Assembly: GCF_009914755.1 (NCBI RefSeq)
Contig: NC_060947.1
Reading direction: 5' to 3' (one strand)
Length of the DNA stretch: 64,000 nt
DNA from: the human T2T-CHM13v2.0 reference genome, Homo sapiens
In this document: positions 29,661-43,555 of the stretch, one piece after another
Layout: each line of letters begins with the position of its first letter
Position numbering within the stretch: position 1 is the stretch's first letter
Translations under genes and position numbers: made by a program
Notes under the pieces: generated by a model
Database searches by the model: none
What the model was told of the DNA's origin: nothing
The model's input: the letters and a program-made list of their open reading frames with translations, nothing else

Positions 29661-31039
29661 TGTAATGTGATTTTGTAGGCTTAGCATTTTTGTTTTAATT
29701 CTCAGACTCTTATAAGCTAAAATATGTTCTAAGCCATGCATTAGGGGCTATCTGGTACACTTTAAATATGAGAAGTTCTGTTTTATGATAAACAAATATT
29801 AAGTTGCTCATTATATTTACTTTTGATTGGAAAAATATATCAAATTCCAATTCCATGTAGATATTATATTCAACCAGTAAGGTTAATTAAAATATTTGAT
29901 TACTTCCAACCTTTATTTAATTTAAAGTAAAATTTCTGGAAATAACAAAATATATTGGATAAGAAGAATTTAAAATGAAAATCAATCCATCAAATGTAGT
30001 TGGAGCCCTATCTGATATGTCAAAAATTTAATTACAACTGAACTAAAATTATCTTTTTTTTTCTTTTAGCTGACATTCCTATGTATATTTAAGTCTAAAT
30101 GTAATATTAAATGGATATAAGTTGTCACGTCTCCATGAGTAGGAAATAAGTACACAAATGAAACTCTCTACTGTCATCAGCTTTGTGGGCAAGTCAAAAT
30201 TAATTCTTACAGAAAGGATTAGATTTATGTTTTTTCAGTTATCTCAAAAAAGGAAAATGATGAATGCATTCTATGAAAACATTCATTTTAGAATTTTCCT
30301 ATTCTAACTGGGCACAACCACACATTACTTTTTGTCACTGTTATTCTTCCTGACTTCTGGTAGCTATAATGGGTATCCTTTCTGAAGCACTGGGCATATA
30401 CTGGAATCCCTGCCTCTATCAAGGAGAGGAAGAAGCCATCATTGACTATTGTTCATTTTATTATTGCATATAAATGGTGCTGTGATATTTGTCACAACTT
30501 CTATCAGAAAGAAAGCTAGTAGGGGTAAAATGGCAAATGATGATACAATTATTTTGCAACCGAGTACTCAATTCCTGGGTACATTAGCAAACTCTCCACA
30601 TATCACATTAGTGTGTTATTAGTGAGGGCTAAATTTTGGGAATGCCAAGCCCATATGCAGCAAAGTATATACATAGGTTTAGGTAATTAGAGTGTGTTGA
30701 ATAATTAGTGGATTATTTTCAGGCCATCAGCAATCTTTATATGTAATGTTTATTTTCAAAGCTATCAATTCTGTCCCATCTCCAATGTCGCATCTCCAAA
30801 AGGTAGTTGGGGGTGTGAGATTTTCCTACCACTATCTATCTTTCTTCCATGTGGAAGCATCTTATTATACATTTATCTCTCTTTATATCTGTCACCATGT
30901 GAATACTAGTTCTTTTGGGTCATCCTTCATCTTTGCATTCATATCTATCCCAAAGTACAGTATACATCTACCTTTTTTTTTACCATAATTCTCACTCCTT
31001 TCCTAATCCTAAAACTTTACCATACCATTAATTCAAACT

Positions 31040-33130
31040 CATATTCTATCATCAGAAAAATACCCTCTATTCTCTACATCAACTTATCTGAACTTTCTCT
31101 ATACTTTCTTGGAACCTGACTCTTCCCTGAGAAGATACTTCTTTCCCTACAGCCTTTCTAAGTTGTGGCTTTTTCCCACACACTCACAATCCTGGGCGTG
31201 GAGGTAGGGAAGCTGTCCTCCTTCTTCTACGTTTCTGCTTCTAGACCATTCTCCCTCTCTCCTAAAAATCTCTAGTTTTGATTTTTCAGCCATCAAAGAA
31301 AATGTCTCTAGCTCCAACACTATATTTCTTAAAATCCTTGTTGACGTCAATATCCACATAGTTGATCTCTTCTATAACTCTTGTACTTTCCCTCAATTAC
31401 CTGCTCTTTACCCAACTTAGCCATGCGTATGTTCAGATTCTGTACTCTCATTCCCAATAACTTCAATCCCTCCATAATCTCCATTTCAAGTGTCTCATTC
31501 TCTTACTCCCACCTCCTCTTTCTCCAGTTCATTACCTCTAGTACTGCAATTCTGGAACATGCTCACAACTTGCCCTTTCTCATGCCTTCAACTCACCAAA
31601 TCAATTTCATGGTCCATAGGTACAATAAATCTGTTGCATATAGTCTCATCTTCCTTGCTTCCTCAGTATCCCTTTCCCCTACCTTATCTAATACTTGTAA
31701 TTGTGAATGGCGACCTCATTTATGCCTGTCTCTGTTCAGATAAATGTAGCTGAATAAAAATATACAAATGTGCTGAAAGGGATCACATTAAATCCATGAC
31801 CACTAAATACAAATTGTTCCCTAAGGAATTCTTGCAATCATACTACATTTCCTGAGCCCTCTCACTCTTGACAGTTTCATCCACCTAACTCCTTCCTCAT
31901 ACCTCCAAAATCTCCTACATTCTCAATTTTGACTAATGACCTAGAGTACTAATTCATTGAGAAAAATACAGGCTACAGGCAATCAAATGAGAACCTCCAA
32001 AAGCTTCCACAATCTCAATGAAACAGACGACTACTTGCCACCATATGGTCTGCCTTCCCTCCTGTTACAGTGGATGAATTCCTGTTACCCTTTTCTTTAG
32101 GTCTGTATATAATTGTCCACTGATTCCATCTGTGATGACTCCAGATATCCTTTTTTATCAGTAGCTTCATAAATGTTTTTGTCTTCTAAATTATTCTAAT
32201 TTTTATATAAAGTTATACAATTTTACTTGTATTAAAAATTAATGCTTATCCTCACATCATCTCCTACAAGGTATCACCCAATTTTATGTCTCTCCTTTAT
32301 ATTAAAGCTCCTAAAAATTGATGACACCTGAAGAGTTGAGTACTCCGATTCCAAACCTCCACTTTTTTTTTCTTGAGCCAGTTCAGTCAGGCTATTTCTT
32401 AACACTGTATCAAAGCAACACTTATCAAGGTTTATATGATCTCTGTGTTGCCAAATTTAACTATGAACTCATTCTCCTAATCTTACCTCACCTCAACCCC
32501 TCCAGCCTGAAATAGTTTTTCACTTGCCTTCTAGGATATCACACTATCCTAGCTGTTTTCCTATCTCACATCCTGCAAAGTGTTGCTTTCTTTTGCTTGT
32601 GCCTTTTGATCTCAAATACTCTAAAAATGTTGGAGTATTACAAAACATGGTGTTTGTTTCTTTTATGGCAATCTATGATGAATTTTATGGATCTCTATCT
32701 GTGCTCATACCATAGGTGATCTCATCCAGACTCATGGTTTTAGATGCCATGTGTATGTTAGTCATTCTCAAGTTTTTAATTTTTTTTCCAACCCACAAAC
32801 ATTTTAAAATTTGGGCTTAAAAATTCAATGGCCTACACATTATCTGTATTTAAATATCTAATATAAATCTGTAAATTTTACATGTCTCAAAACAAAATAA
32901 CTCTCTCTCTCCAAAATACTTTGTCCTTCGGTTTTACTTGTCTCATTAATTGCAACTCTGCCATGATAGATACTAAGACGAGATATGGTGTCATCCTTGC
33001 TCTCACCTTTCTCTCACATCCCCCAATCAACCTGTCAACAAGCCCTACCAACCTTTTTAGAAAATGCATCCTGAATATTCCTCTTCTTAACATGACATCT
33101 ACCTCTACCAAACTACTTTAAATTGTCATC
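31040..33130 (+). mobile_element. L2 LINE fragments
   Basis: acttcaattcattgagaaaa-like motif, taggtgatctcatccagactcatggttttagatgccat. Confidence 0.6.
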
Positions 33131-33399
33131 TTATCTGTCACCTAGTTTGATAAGCTAACAAATACCCCCCGCCTCAAAAATATATCGACTTTCTAATCCC
33201 AAGAACTATGAATATTACCTTATATGGCAAAAATCACCTTATAAATAATGTTATAATTTACCAGTGAAGCTATCTGGGCCTGAAGGTTTCTTCTAGGAAG
33301 CTTTTAAACTCATAAATAGATTAATGCCCTCTTTTGGAGGGTGTAGTGAGTTTCCACTCTGTTGGTTCCCATGACAGCTGGTTGTTAAAATAACATTCT

Positions 33400-33690
33400 T
33401 GATGTGACAAAATTATAAAAATGGAAAATAGATTAGTGGTTGTAGTAATTCAGGAATGTAATGGGGTAGGAGTTGGTGGTGGCCATAAAAAGCCAACCTG
33501 AGAGATTCCTGTGGTGGTGGAACTTTCCTGTATCTTGACTATATTAATATAAGTATTCTGATTTTTCTTCACTATAATATTACAAGATGTCATCATTGGA
33601 GATAATTGGGTAAAGAGTGCATGGAATCTTTCATTTCTTACAACTGTATGTGAATCTATAATTATCTCAACTATTTTTGTATTAGAAAAC
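33400..33690 (+). mobile_element. L1MC/MD 3' end fragment
   Basis: gattagtggttg...gttcctgtatcttgact-like...ttcttacaactgtatgtgaatctataattatctcaa. Confidence 0.7.
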
Positions 33691-33829
33691 GATATCATAA
33701 TGAGAAAACTGTAAAGGATAAAGACATACACTATACTTGGCGTTTGTAATATCTTATCATAAATTTGTTTAATATAGTTGCTGCCTTGGCATCCATTTTT
33801 GTGCCTGACATAAGTTATTTGAAACCCAG

Positions 33830-33995
33830 TCATACAGGTGGCCTAGTTAAGACTTCCCCTCCCCTTATGTTTGTTTGCTATTATAACCCACTTGTTTCTC
33901 ATCTCCACTGACCCAAAACCTAAACCCAACACATTCTCTCTGTCTGTCTGTCTGTCTGTCTCTCTGTCTCTCTCTCTCTCTGTCACAGACACACA

Positions 33996-34055
<60 letters not shown>

Positions 34056-34323
34056 TTCTCCCCCAGCTGGTTGAGCTCCAAGGAACTTCCCATTGGTCCT
34101 CTGCCTTCAAGCCTAACTTCTCTGGGACCTGTGAATAATAAATTTCTTCTGTTCCTTGCATTTGGTTTCACCTCCTCATTGTGTCTCACCTGACACATAC
34201 ACCTGAATCTAACTCGTCACCCATCAGGGCTCTCCTAGACTGACTATTTTGGCTAATGTCCACTAGCAATAGACAGATCTCAAGACCAAATTTGAAAGAG
34301 CCATAACAATAAAAATTATAACA
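33830..34323 (+). mobile_element. MER74-like ERVL LTR carrying a compound microsatellite
   Basis: tcagggctctcctag...ctcaagaccaaatt...ccataacaataaaaattataaca. Confidence 0.5.
33936..34050. repeat. (TCTG)n(TC)n(CA)n compound microsatellite
   Basis: Direct reading; source of the CVCV/THTH ORFs. Confidence 0.95.
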
Positions 34324-35606
34324 TATCTAATTTTTAAAAGATAAAATATTCATCATTTATATTTATATGATTGCTAATAACCAGAGCTCAACTGTCAGAG
34401 TTCTAGCATCAGCATTTAGAAAAGAAACATTTATGTTTTCTTTCCTTAGGAGATATAATTGCTGTGACTCGTGTCATGTTGATTTTAGTTGACATGTATA
34501 ATTTAGTTTGACAATAAATAAGAAAAATATTATTTGAAAAATAATATGTTTTTGAAATAAAAGGCAACTATTTATAAATTGGAAAAGGTCTTCAAGGACC
34601 CAGTGTTTAGTGACATATGATGATGTTTACTGCTGCTTTACATAAAGCATGCCCAGATCTCCAGATAATTGTCATGGAAGTTTATCAAATTACATTGGCA
34701 GCTAAGCATGGTTTCACATTTTAAAATAAACCTTCTTCCCTATTACGTCAAATATTCAATTTTCCACCCAACTTAGCTCAGGTTTCAATTATATAGATTT
34801 GTAATTATGATTTATAGCCTAAAGCATGTGAGTTTCCGAGCTAGTCAGTGAAGCTGCTGATTTTATTGAAAAACAAAAGGCCGTAACTCTCATTATGCAA
34901 AGATGTCTGGGAGCTTGCCCTTCAAAAAAATCTCCATAACCTGAAATGTAGACCTATTTATACCACCAGAATATTTCTGTGAAGAGAGCAGAAACTGCAT
35001 CTATTAAAATCACTTGTAAGTGTCTGGTTTTATTAAATGGAACACAAAGCACAGTGTCATTTTTCTGTCATTTTATGCAGTTTTCTTCAATTCAGAAATA
35101 CAGGTAAATATTATAACAAAAAGAGGACTAATACCTGCTTAGGAGTTATGAATACCAGGCCTTTACAAGAGGTAGATTAGTAGGTGGATATATATAGATG
35201 GTAGAGAGAAAGGGAGGTAGAGAAATAGGTAAAATGTGTGTGAGTGATGAACTTGTGATGGGACATCATTTTCCTTTATTAAAATTTGCTATAGTCAAAT
35301 TTCCTACAGTGAATTGAAACCTGAAGACTACTAGTGACATGTAACACTTCTGCCCCTTTTCTCACTGATATTCGTCCTATTTTATTAAGAATATAGAGGC
35401 AAAACAGAGGCAAATTATCTGTTTCTGTCATTACATATTAATAGATTAGCTTAATTTTATTTGCATCCATGTGCCTTGCCTTCCCTCACATTACATCAGA
35501 AAAGGACTCTGTGCTCATATTGGCCAGTCCTCCACCAGTTTACTGAATCCCATACCTACTCAATCATGTGAAGCTGTCCAATTTTCTCCTCTGTTTTCCA
35601 TAATCC

Positions 35607-35936
35607 TTTTTTTTTTTTTTTTTTTTTTTTTCCTGAGATGGAGTCTCGCTCTGTCGCCCAGGCTGGAGTGCGGTGTGGCGCGATCTCGGCTCACTGCAAG
35701 CTCCGCCTCCTGGGGTTCACGCCATTCTCCTGCCGCAGCCTCCCGAGTAGCTGGGACTACAGGCGCCCGCCACTACGCCTGGCTATTTTTTTTTTTTTTT
35801 TTTTTTTTTTGTATTTCTAGTAGAGACGGGGTTTCACCGTGTTAGCCAGGATGGTCTCGATCTCCTGACCTTGTGATCCGCCCACATCGGCCTCCCAAAG
35901 TGCTGGGATTACAGGCGTGAGCCACCGTGCCCAGCC
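35607..35936 (-). mobile_element. AluY with long middle T-tract, inserted in L2-like sequence
   Basis: AluY diagnostics; TSD ttccataat. Confidence 0.92.
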
Positions 35937-38115
35937 TTCCATAATACATTTTTAATGGATTATTCTTATCAGCATACCCATGTTACAATAGCTCTCAGTT
36001 TAAAAGTCACACGGCTCTTTATCCCCTGACCCTACCAGCTGTCATCCCATTTCTCTGATCCTCCTTGACAGCAAAACTATTTGAAAGCCTGACTGTATTT
36101 ACTGCCCTCACTTCTTATATCATTATCTCACCCAAGCTAATCCAGTTTTATACACTATCATTCTCTTTTACTCTCTGATACAGCTCTTTTAATTAACTAA
36201 TAACCTAACATTGCCAGATCTAATTATCCATCATATGCAGTTCTCATCTTGCTCAATCCATGAGCACTGCTTGAAGCACTTGATCTCTCACTGTTTTGGA
36301 AACAGTTGATCCCCAGGAATCAATTCTCCCTTTATTCTTCTTCTGTTTCTTTAGTGAGCCCTGCTCATTCTCCTTTGCTGTTCCTGCCCCCCTAACTTCC
36401 TAGAGGCTATCTTCTCTTTTCATTTCTATCCACATTCATTTCTAATGGGATCTCATTTATTCACACATAAAATGTCAAGTTCTAAATTGATAGCCTCAGC
36501 CTCAACCTCTCCTTTAAATCCAGACTCATATGTCCACCAGCTATCTCAATATTCCCCCTACAGATATCTATGAGGCTTCTCAAATTTCTTTAGGTGCTCT
36601 GCTCAAGTGACACCTTATCACAGAGACCTTCCTGGAACACCCTGTATTAATATTGATTTCACTCTCTAACCTTTAACTGTTTTACGTAACACCATAAGTG
36701 CTATACATTTTATTTATTTGTTAATGTCTACTCTCACTTGCCGACACATTCTGGAATCTCTGACTCAAGAAAACAGGAGATGTGTTTTCTTTAATATTTT
36801 ATCCTCAGTGCTTATTATAATGCACAACACATAAGTATTTTCTAAATGATTAAACAGAAGAATAAAATAATGTAGAATAAAAAGCATATTGCACAAAATG
36901 GAATTATCTAGACAGGTCTGGGGTTGTACCTTTTCCATAACAAAACCTTGGTGTGTATATTATATTAGCTTCCTTTTTTATATGAAGAAAATCTCACTTA
37001 TAAATAACTTGCCTAGTTTCCCAGAAATAGTGAGTAATTGAGCACAGAATTAAACTCCTCTTAGTATAGTGCAGAGGAAGAGGAAGACATGATGATTGAT
37101 CAATAAGGTATGTTAGTTATAGTAGTAGTAGTAGGAGACATTATTTTATCTTAAAATTATCTGTGGGTAATTTAATTAAAATTAAAACCAGCCACTTTCC
37201 TAGAAAAATATACAGTTTCTTAACAATGTTTTAAATCTTAGGTGTTTTTTCAACATATAAAGAAAAATGTTATCATGGAGTAATACGGATGGAAGAAGCA
37301 TTAAGAGATTCTAAACACATGTGTAAAGCCAGAAACCCTTCCCTGTTATACATGTCAGTGGTTATGCAACGTGTGCTTGACAGTCCTCAATGTCAGGAAA
37401 CTTTCTCCTTCATTGTGCATCCTATCAACAGTCTCTGATAATGGATTATTCACTCATTTTGAGCCACAGTGTTCACAGTAAAAGCAATTTTTGCTTTAAG
37501 TATAATTTTGTTATTTGTGCTAATATATTCTTAAAAAGAAAACATAAAACTTTAACTTACAGGTACTTAGCCCATGTTGTAAAGTTTACCTTAGCAATCA
37601 TATTTGCACTGAATAACCCCAAAACCTACTTAAAAAGCATTATGTCATGTCTCAAACTGAACATTTTCTAAGAAGCATGGATTTGTGTTTATTCCCCAGT
37701 TGCATGCATGAGTAATGTGACCTTCTGCTTATGCTTGCTTTTTCTATACTATTTCCTTTGACAGTGTCTTCTTCGGATAACCTTCTATTAAATCTCAAAC
37801 ATTAGCTAGCTCTACGAAAGGTTAACAAGGTAAAACAGCAACAGTTTCTAATTCTTTAGGAGAAAAATGTAATCCCTTAAATGCCCTTCTCACTATTCAG
37901 TAGATACTCCCATTCAGTCAAGGGAGTATAGGTAGGAAAGGGAGAATGATTCATCCCTAGCTTTTCCATCATCAGAGCAACCAAATGGCAGTCAGATGAT
38001 GTTTTTCTATCTGCTCTATGTTTTGACAGCAAGGAGTTAGAATCTCTGTAAGGAAATTTAATGACAGCCATGCCACAGACTCAGGGATAATATATAAAAA
38101 GAAAAGATAGTCTCA

Positions 38116-38502
38116 TGAATTAGTTTGCTAGGGCTGCCATAACAAAATGCTGCAGACTGAGTGACTTAAATGAAATTTACTTTCTCACAGTTCTAGAGGC
38201 TACGAGTCCAATGTCAAAGTGTCAGCAGGTTTGATTTCTTCTGAGGCCTCTTTCCTGGGCAAGCTGTGTCTTCATGTGGTCTTTTCTCAGTGCATTTGCC
38301 CCCAGTGTCTCTCTGTGTTCAAATTATATCTTCTTATAAGGTCACCAGTAATATTGGATTAGAGCCCACACTAATAACCTAATTTTCACTTAATCAACTC
38401 TTTAAAGGCCTAACCTCCAAATACAATCACATTAAGAGGTACTGGGGATAAGGTTTCAACATATGAATTTTTATGTTGGGGGCACAATTCAGCCCCTAAC
38501 AT
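38116..38502 (-). mobile_element. MLT1A-type solo LTR
   Basis: tagtttgctagggctgccataacaaaa...ctcacagttctagaggct...gggcacaattcagcccctaaca. Confidence 0.85.
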
Positions 38503-38690
38503 CTAGGAAGAACAAATTACAGGATGCGACTCTCCTTCAAACCACCAATAGAGTAATTATGTTCTATTTTTATTTAAAAAAATTAACTACTGGAAACACA
38601 AAGTATTCAAATGGAAAAATACATCAATTTTATGTTTGAAAATGGTTAATGAAAAGTCACATTCTTGATCACTTTATGTTTCAAAAATAA

Positions 38691-39084
<394 letters not shown>

Positions 39085-40511
39085 GGTGCTAGAATATTTC
39101 TTAGTGTCTCTTGGATTATCTGACATGGGCCATTTCTAATGCCACAGTAATTATTAGAAATTGTGCACAGTTTATTAAAAAACGGGAGCAGAAATGTAAT
39201 ACAACTAAAGTGATGAAAAATGAATTGCCCAAGTTGAAATAATTTTATTACTAAAATTAGGGTTATGTTCACTTTACTATCTTGAGAAAATTTTCTTGAA
39301 AGACAGAAGACCTCATAGCTATTAAAACACTGTACAATTTCCACATTTCAAATAGGAGATCAAAGAGTAAAAATTTCTAACACCTTTAATCAAAAGAACA
39401 ATCAAAATAGCAGTTTTAAATATACACCAAATAAAATTTGAATGCTAATTGTAATTGGGCTATAGTAGATTTTAAAAGCAAAGCACAAATAATAATAATA
39501 ATAATGTCATTATTTTTAGTATTCCTGAGATACTAAACATGATTTATTATCAGGGTTTCTAAAATTCAAAAAATAATGTATAACTCTTTTAAAATATATA
39601 TACATGTGTAAAATAAATTATGTAAATTAAATATGCATATTTTCCCGAGATGCTTAGTAGAGTTGAACTTTAAGAATGATGACTGTAACAGAAAATAATA
39701 AATCTATCAGTAGTTAAATTATATAGTGACTGTATGGAAATGGATAAAAAAAGAAAGAAAAAAGCTCAAACATTTTGAGTTTATAATATGTTTTATTAGG
39801 TTACTTAATCTAATAAATATAATCATTATACTAGCTAGATTTCCCAGTCAGAAGATACAAACAACTGATGTAATTACTTCCAGCTTCCTGGTAAACACAT
39901 ATGAAGATGTGTTTAACTACTAGTAACACTGAAAACTAAGACTAGCTGAAAACCTATTCCAAGAACCTAGAAACACTTTATATAATGAGGTTGGCACTCA
40001 AATAAGAAAAATAAATGGTATGTTTTTGTTCTTGGGTAGGTATGGATGAACAAAAATTTCAAATATCCCTAAACTGATGTATAAATGTAGGGTGATGGCA
40101 TTTAAAATACCGTTTGTTCCCCCACGCCAGTCTGCTCCCTGGAGCTAACCGATCATTGCAAGTTTTAAATATTATTTTTAAAAATGAGCTGGAAAAGAAA
40201 GCAGTTAGTCTTACTAGAAAATAGAGCATCTGTAATTGACACAAGGTAATACTTACACATGAAGTGACAGAAAGACCAAAGCAAACTTCTAGGAAATCCT
40301 GAAATAAACCCAAATATATATGGAAATGCTATGAAGCTAGCATTTCAAATTCATACTCTTTTAAATAAGTGTGTTTTTTTGATAATTAGTTCCATATTAA
40401 AACATCAATAACATTAGATAAATTCTTCACTTCATACATGTGTAAATTACAGATGGATCAAATATTTAACTATAAAAATGAAAACATACAAGTATTAGAA
40501 GAAAACATGGG

Positions 40512-41456
40512 TAGATTTTTTTGTTGTTGATATGTAATTCATGGTGTTTCTTTTTTTAAATTTAAGTTCTGGGATACATGTGCTGAACGTGCAGGTTTGT
40601 TACATAGGTATACATGTGGCGTGATGTGGTGGTTTGCTGCACCTATCAACTGTCATCTAGGTTTTAAGCCCCACATGCATTAGATATTTGTCCTAATGAT
40701 CTCCCTCTCCTTTTCCCCCACCCCCTGACAGGCCCTGGTGTGTGATGTTCTCCTCCCTGTGTCCATATGTTCTCATTGTTCAACTCCCACTTATGAGGGA
40801 GAAGATGCAGTGTTTGGCTTTCTGTTCCTGTGTTAGTTTGCTTAGAATAATGGTTTCCAGCTTCATCCACGTCCCTGCAAAAGACATGAACTCATTCTTT
40901 TTTATGGCTGCATAGTATTCCATGGTCAGTATTCTATCCAACAAAGGTCTAATATCCAGAATCTACAAGGAACTTAAATAAGTTTACAAGAAAAAAGAAA
41001 CTCCATCAAAAAGTGGGTGAAGGATATGAACAGACACTTCTCAAAAGAAGACATTTATGCAGCCAACAATCATGTGAAAAAAAAGTTCATCATCACTGGT
41101 CATTAGAAAAATGCAAATCAATACCACATGAGATACCATCTTATGCCAGTTAGAATGGCGATCATTAAAAAGTCAGGAAACAACAGATGCTGGCGAGGAT
41201 GTGGAGAAATAGGAACACTTTTACACTGTTGGTGGGAGTGTAAATTAGTTCAACCATTGTGGAAGAATGTGGTGATTCCTCAAGGATCTAGAACCAGAAA
41301 TACCATTTGACCTAGCAATCCCATTACTTGGTATATACCCAAATGATTATAAATCATTCTACTCTAAAGACACATGCACACATATGTTTATTGCAGCACT
41401 ATTTACAGTAGCAAAAACTTGGAACCAACCCAAATGCCCATCAATGATAGATTTTT
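40512..41456 (-). mobile_element. L1PA8-like 5'-inverted insertion inside an older L1M
   Basis: 3' end on - strand 40551-40926, flipped ORF2 piece on + strand ~40934-41451; TSD tagattttt at 40512-40520 and 41448-41456. Confidence 0.85.
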
Positions 41457-41529
41457 AATTAGAAGGAAGAACAGCTTTCCTGTCCATAGTCAAAGTATTG
41501 TGAAGGGCAATGGGAAAACCATAGAAAAT

Positions 41530-42081
41530 AAAACTAATTTGTCCCCAGAGTGTGATATTCCCCTTCATGTGTCCATGTGATCTCATTGTTCAATTCCCAC
41601 CTATGAGTGAGAATATGCAGTGTTTGGTTTTTTGTTCTTGCGATAGTTTACTGAGAATGATGATTTCCAATTTCATCCATGTCCCTACAAAGGACATGAA
41701 CTCATCATTTTTTATGGCTGCATAGTATTCCATGGTGTATATGTGCCACATTTTCTTAATCCAGTCTATCATTGTTGGACATTTGGGTTGGTTCCAAGTC
41801 TTTGCTATTGTGAATAATGCCGCAATAAGTGGGGTGGGGGGAGTGGGGAGGGATAGCATTGGGAGATACACCTAAGGCTAGATGACAAGTTAGTGGGTGC
41901 AGCGCACCAGCATGGCACATGTATACATATGTAACTAACCTGCACAATGTGCACATGTACCCTAAAACTTAAAGTATAATAAAAAAAAGAAAAAAAAAGA
42001 GAGAAAGAAAAAAAAAAAGGAACTAAGAGTTGCAGAATAGCAAAACTGAAGTTCAGTTCAAAAAAAAAAAAACTAATTTGT
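41530..42081 (+). mobile_element. L1PA2-like 5'-inverted insertion with 3' extra segment
   Basis: Inverted piece 41541-41828, sense 3'UTR 41829-41980, A-tail, 41-nt unique tag, second A-tail; TSD aaaactaatttgt at 41530-41542 and 42069-42081. Confidence 0.92.
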
Positions 42082-43005
42082 GAGATGAAAAATGAACTTG
42101 ATACACTCTCAAAGTTCTTTTCAATGTTAATTTTCAGTGATTTCTTGGAAGTTAACAGCATTACAGAGTGGTTCTTATCCATCCAAAGGTATAATAATAG
42201 CTAAAGAAACCTGTGGTGAATTCAATAATGAACTTCAGTTCTACTTGTAGGCTTGGTAAAAAAGTTACAACCACAAATGGGGTACTAGATTTTCAATAAA
42301 ATGGGCATGTTTGTCATGACATCATCTTTCTATACTTTCAATTTAAACGTTAAAAGAAATCATGGTATAAGTAGTGAGCTACTCTTTTTTTATCTGTCTT
42401 GACTTCTTACACTATCTTCACTATCTAAAAGCCTAGGTTTATTTTTAGTGGTCATATATTTTTTTTAGTAATAATGTAATCTTGTAAGGCTAAGTTATAA
42501 TTGCTAAACTTTATCTCCTTGAGGATGCATGCATGGTTTATTTGAGTTAGCCTTTGCTGTTTTTATCTGAACATATTTTAAAATGAATTAATCTATAGTT
42601 TCCCTGAAATTAAACATAATGAAATCTCCATAAACTATACTCTTAATAACATTTGCACTTATGACCTGTGAAATATATAGTCATCTAGCGTACTCTTTCA
42701 TTACCTTGAAGGGAGGTTTATAGATTTAAAGTCACAATAGAAAATCTATGTTATTGTACTAAGAATAATTGAGAACCACAATAAAAATATTAGTCAAAAG
42801 CAAAGGAGTAGGTTGGGTTCAAATATATTTTACAAGTTCTTGCAAATATCTCTGTGTATACAAAATGTAATGACCTTCATAATGTATAACTTTTTTTTAG
42901 GAAGTGTGTTTATATTAATTAACTTTATCTATTTCGTACAACAATGATTCATGAAAATATAGAATTCATAAAAACAAAGTTGAAGATAATTGAGTTTGTT
43001 TAGAT

Positions 43006-43348
43006 CAGCAGTCCCCAGTCTCTGTGGCACCAGGGATCGGTTTCATGAAAGGCAATTTTTCCAGAGATGCGGTACAGGGTCGGGGGAGATTTTTGGCATG
43101 AGACTGTTCTGCCTCAGATCATCAGGCATTAGTTAGATTCTCATAAGCAGCCTGCAACCTAGATCCCTCACATGTGCAGTTCACAACAGGTCTCGCTTAT
43201 GAGAATCTAATGCAGCCACTGATCTAACAGGAGGCAGAGCTCAGGTGGTAATGCTCACCCACCTGCTGCTCACCTCCTGCTGTGCAACCCAGTTCCTAAC
43301 AGGCCACAGACTCTTACTGGTCCACCGCCTGGGGGTTGGGGACCCCTG
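43006..43348. mobile_element. MER1B (hAT-Charlie MITE)
   Basis: Termini cagcagtcccc / ggggacccctg; 8-bp TSD gtttagat / gtttagtt. Confidence 0.9.
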
Positions 43349-43384
43349 GTTTAGTTATCTTAGTAAACAACATAATCTTTCAAG

Positions 43385-43555
43385 GGGACTTTGGGCAAGT
43401 TATTTAACTAAATTGTGTCAATGTTTTCATTTCTAAAATGAGAAACGTAAAAGCATTTAATTTATGCTGGTTTTCTGAGAATTAAATAAATTGTTGTATA
43501 AAAATACTTAGCACGGAGCCTGAATATAGTCAATACTCAACAAATATTAACTGTT
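43385..43555 (+). mobile_element. MIR fragment
   Basis: actttgggcaagttatttaac...ttttcatttctaaaatgag...cttagcacggagcctg. Confidence 0.7.

Noticed and set aside
33843-34198. CVCV/THTH repeat ORFs
   Set aside because: Translations of a (CA)n microsatellite.
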